A program made the position numbers and the translations under genes. From Mesoplasma florum L1 (GTDB taxonomy: Bacteria > Bacillota_I > Bacilli_A > Mycoplasmatales > Mycoplasmataceae): DNA of 32,000 nt. Positions within the stretch are counted from its first letter, which is position 1; each line of letters opens with the position of its first letter. Of this stretch, positions 31,307-32,000 are shown piece by piece. The stretch spans positions 540,001 through 572,000 of the forward strand of contig NC_006055.1 of NCBI RefSeq assembly GCF_000008305.1, written 5' to 3'. The notes below the pieces were generated by a model. It did no database searches and had not been told where the DNA came from. It was given only the letters and a program-made list of their open reading frames with translations.

Positions 31307-32000
31307 CTATTCATTATCAATTATTATTTGATTTGCATCTTCAACAATTTGCATTGCTTCATCTAAACTGTTAATGATTGCTCCAGCAGCCATTTTGTGA
31401 CCACCTCCACCTCATTTAACAGCTAATTCATTAACTGCAATACCATTTGAACGGAATTCAACTCTTCATTTTCCATCTTCTCTGATTGAGAAAGTGATTC
31501 AAATGTCAATTCCTTCTAAGTCTTTTAATAAGTTTGAAAATTTACCATTTTCTTCATAACTTAAATTATATTTTTTCATTAACTCATCTGGTAAGATGAT
31601 ATATCCAACTTTGTGATCAGTAACTTTAGCTGATGCTATTAATTCTGATTGTAAAGCTAAAACTGGGAATGAACGTTTGTACATAGTTTTATACATTTCA
31701 AACACATCAAAACCTGTCTCAATTAATCTAGCACATACTTCAAAAGTTCTTGGTGTAATACCACCAAATAAAAATCTTCCACTGTCTGTACAAATTCCAT
31801 GATAAATTACTCTAGCTGCAACTGGTGTTATTTCTCAGTTATTATTAACAGCTAAATCTCCAACCATTTCACTTGCACTTGTATAATTTACATCAACTCA
31901 TGATAGATCTCCATATGGTGTTGCATCTGGGTGGTGATCAATTTTTAGTAAAAATGCACCCTTATCATAATTTTGATTATCAATTCTTTCAACATTACCA
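31307..32000 (-). CDS. nrnA: DHH/DHHA1 phosphoesterase, NrnA-like nanoRNase/pAp phosphatase; partial, with the N-terminus beyond the right window edge
   Basis: The DHH motif LKIDHHPDA is encoded near 31930-31960. The DHHA1 motif is WGGGGHKMAAGA. The gene reads through several TGA codons. The stop is the TAG at 31307-31309. Confidence 0.8.

Overview
This is a very AT-rich 32 kb window from a Mollicutes-type genome that reads TGA as Trp (translation table 4). The six-frame track uses the standard code, so it splits almost every gene at in-frame TGA codons. I rejoined the fragments by hand, treating only TAA and TAG as stops. That gives 30 protein-coding genes (28 on the minus strand, 2 on the plus strand), one tRNA-Ser(GCU), and a set of hairpin plus T-run terminators. 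I found no rRNA, CRISPR array, transposase or integrase. From about 8.8 kb to 32 kb the content is ordinary housekeeping: hpt, ruvX, a PAP2 phosphatase, a cdd-like deaminase, eno, typA/bipA, a Nudix and ASCH pair, lepA, RNase H1, archaeal-type proS, rlmH, ffh, asnS, a Cof-type HAD phosphatase, an alpha/beta hydrolase, an RpiR/SIS regulator, tsaD and an nrnA-like DHH phosphoesterase. A few orphan genes sit among them. The accessory-looking part is the left 8.7 kb. It holds a four-gene minus-strand cassette: a complete ABC ATPase domain fused to a C-terminal extension of about 720 aa, most of it coiled coil and carrying two tandem 143-aa repeats, then a lipoprotein, then an atypical permease with a roughly 330-aa external loop, then a paralogous lipoprotein. 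A 16-nt homopolymer lies next to the cassette's candidate promoter. Other points worth a second look are an alpha/beta-hydrolase homologue that has lost its catalytic Ser and His and is coupled to lepA, an orphan GTG-initiated gene next to the tRNA, and a tandem pair of small proteins built as 2 TM helices plus a coiled coil. All family assignments rest on motifs read by eye, since no database search was possible.
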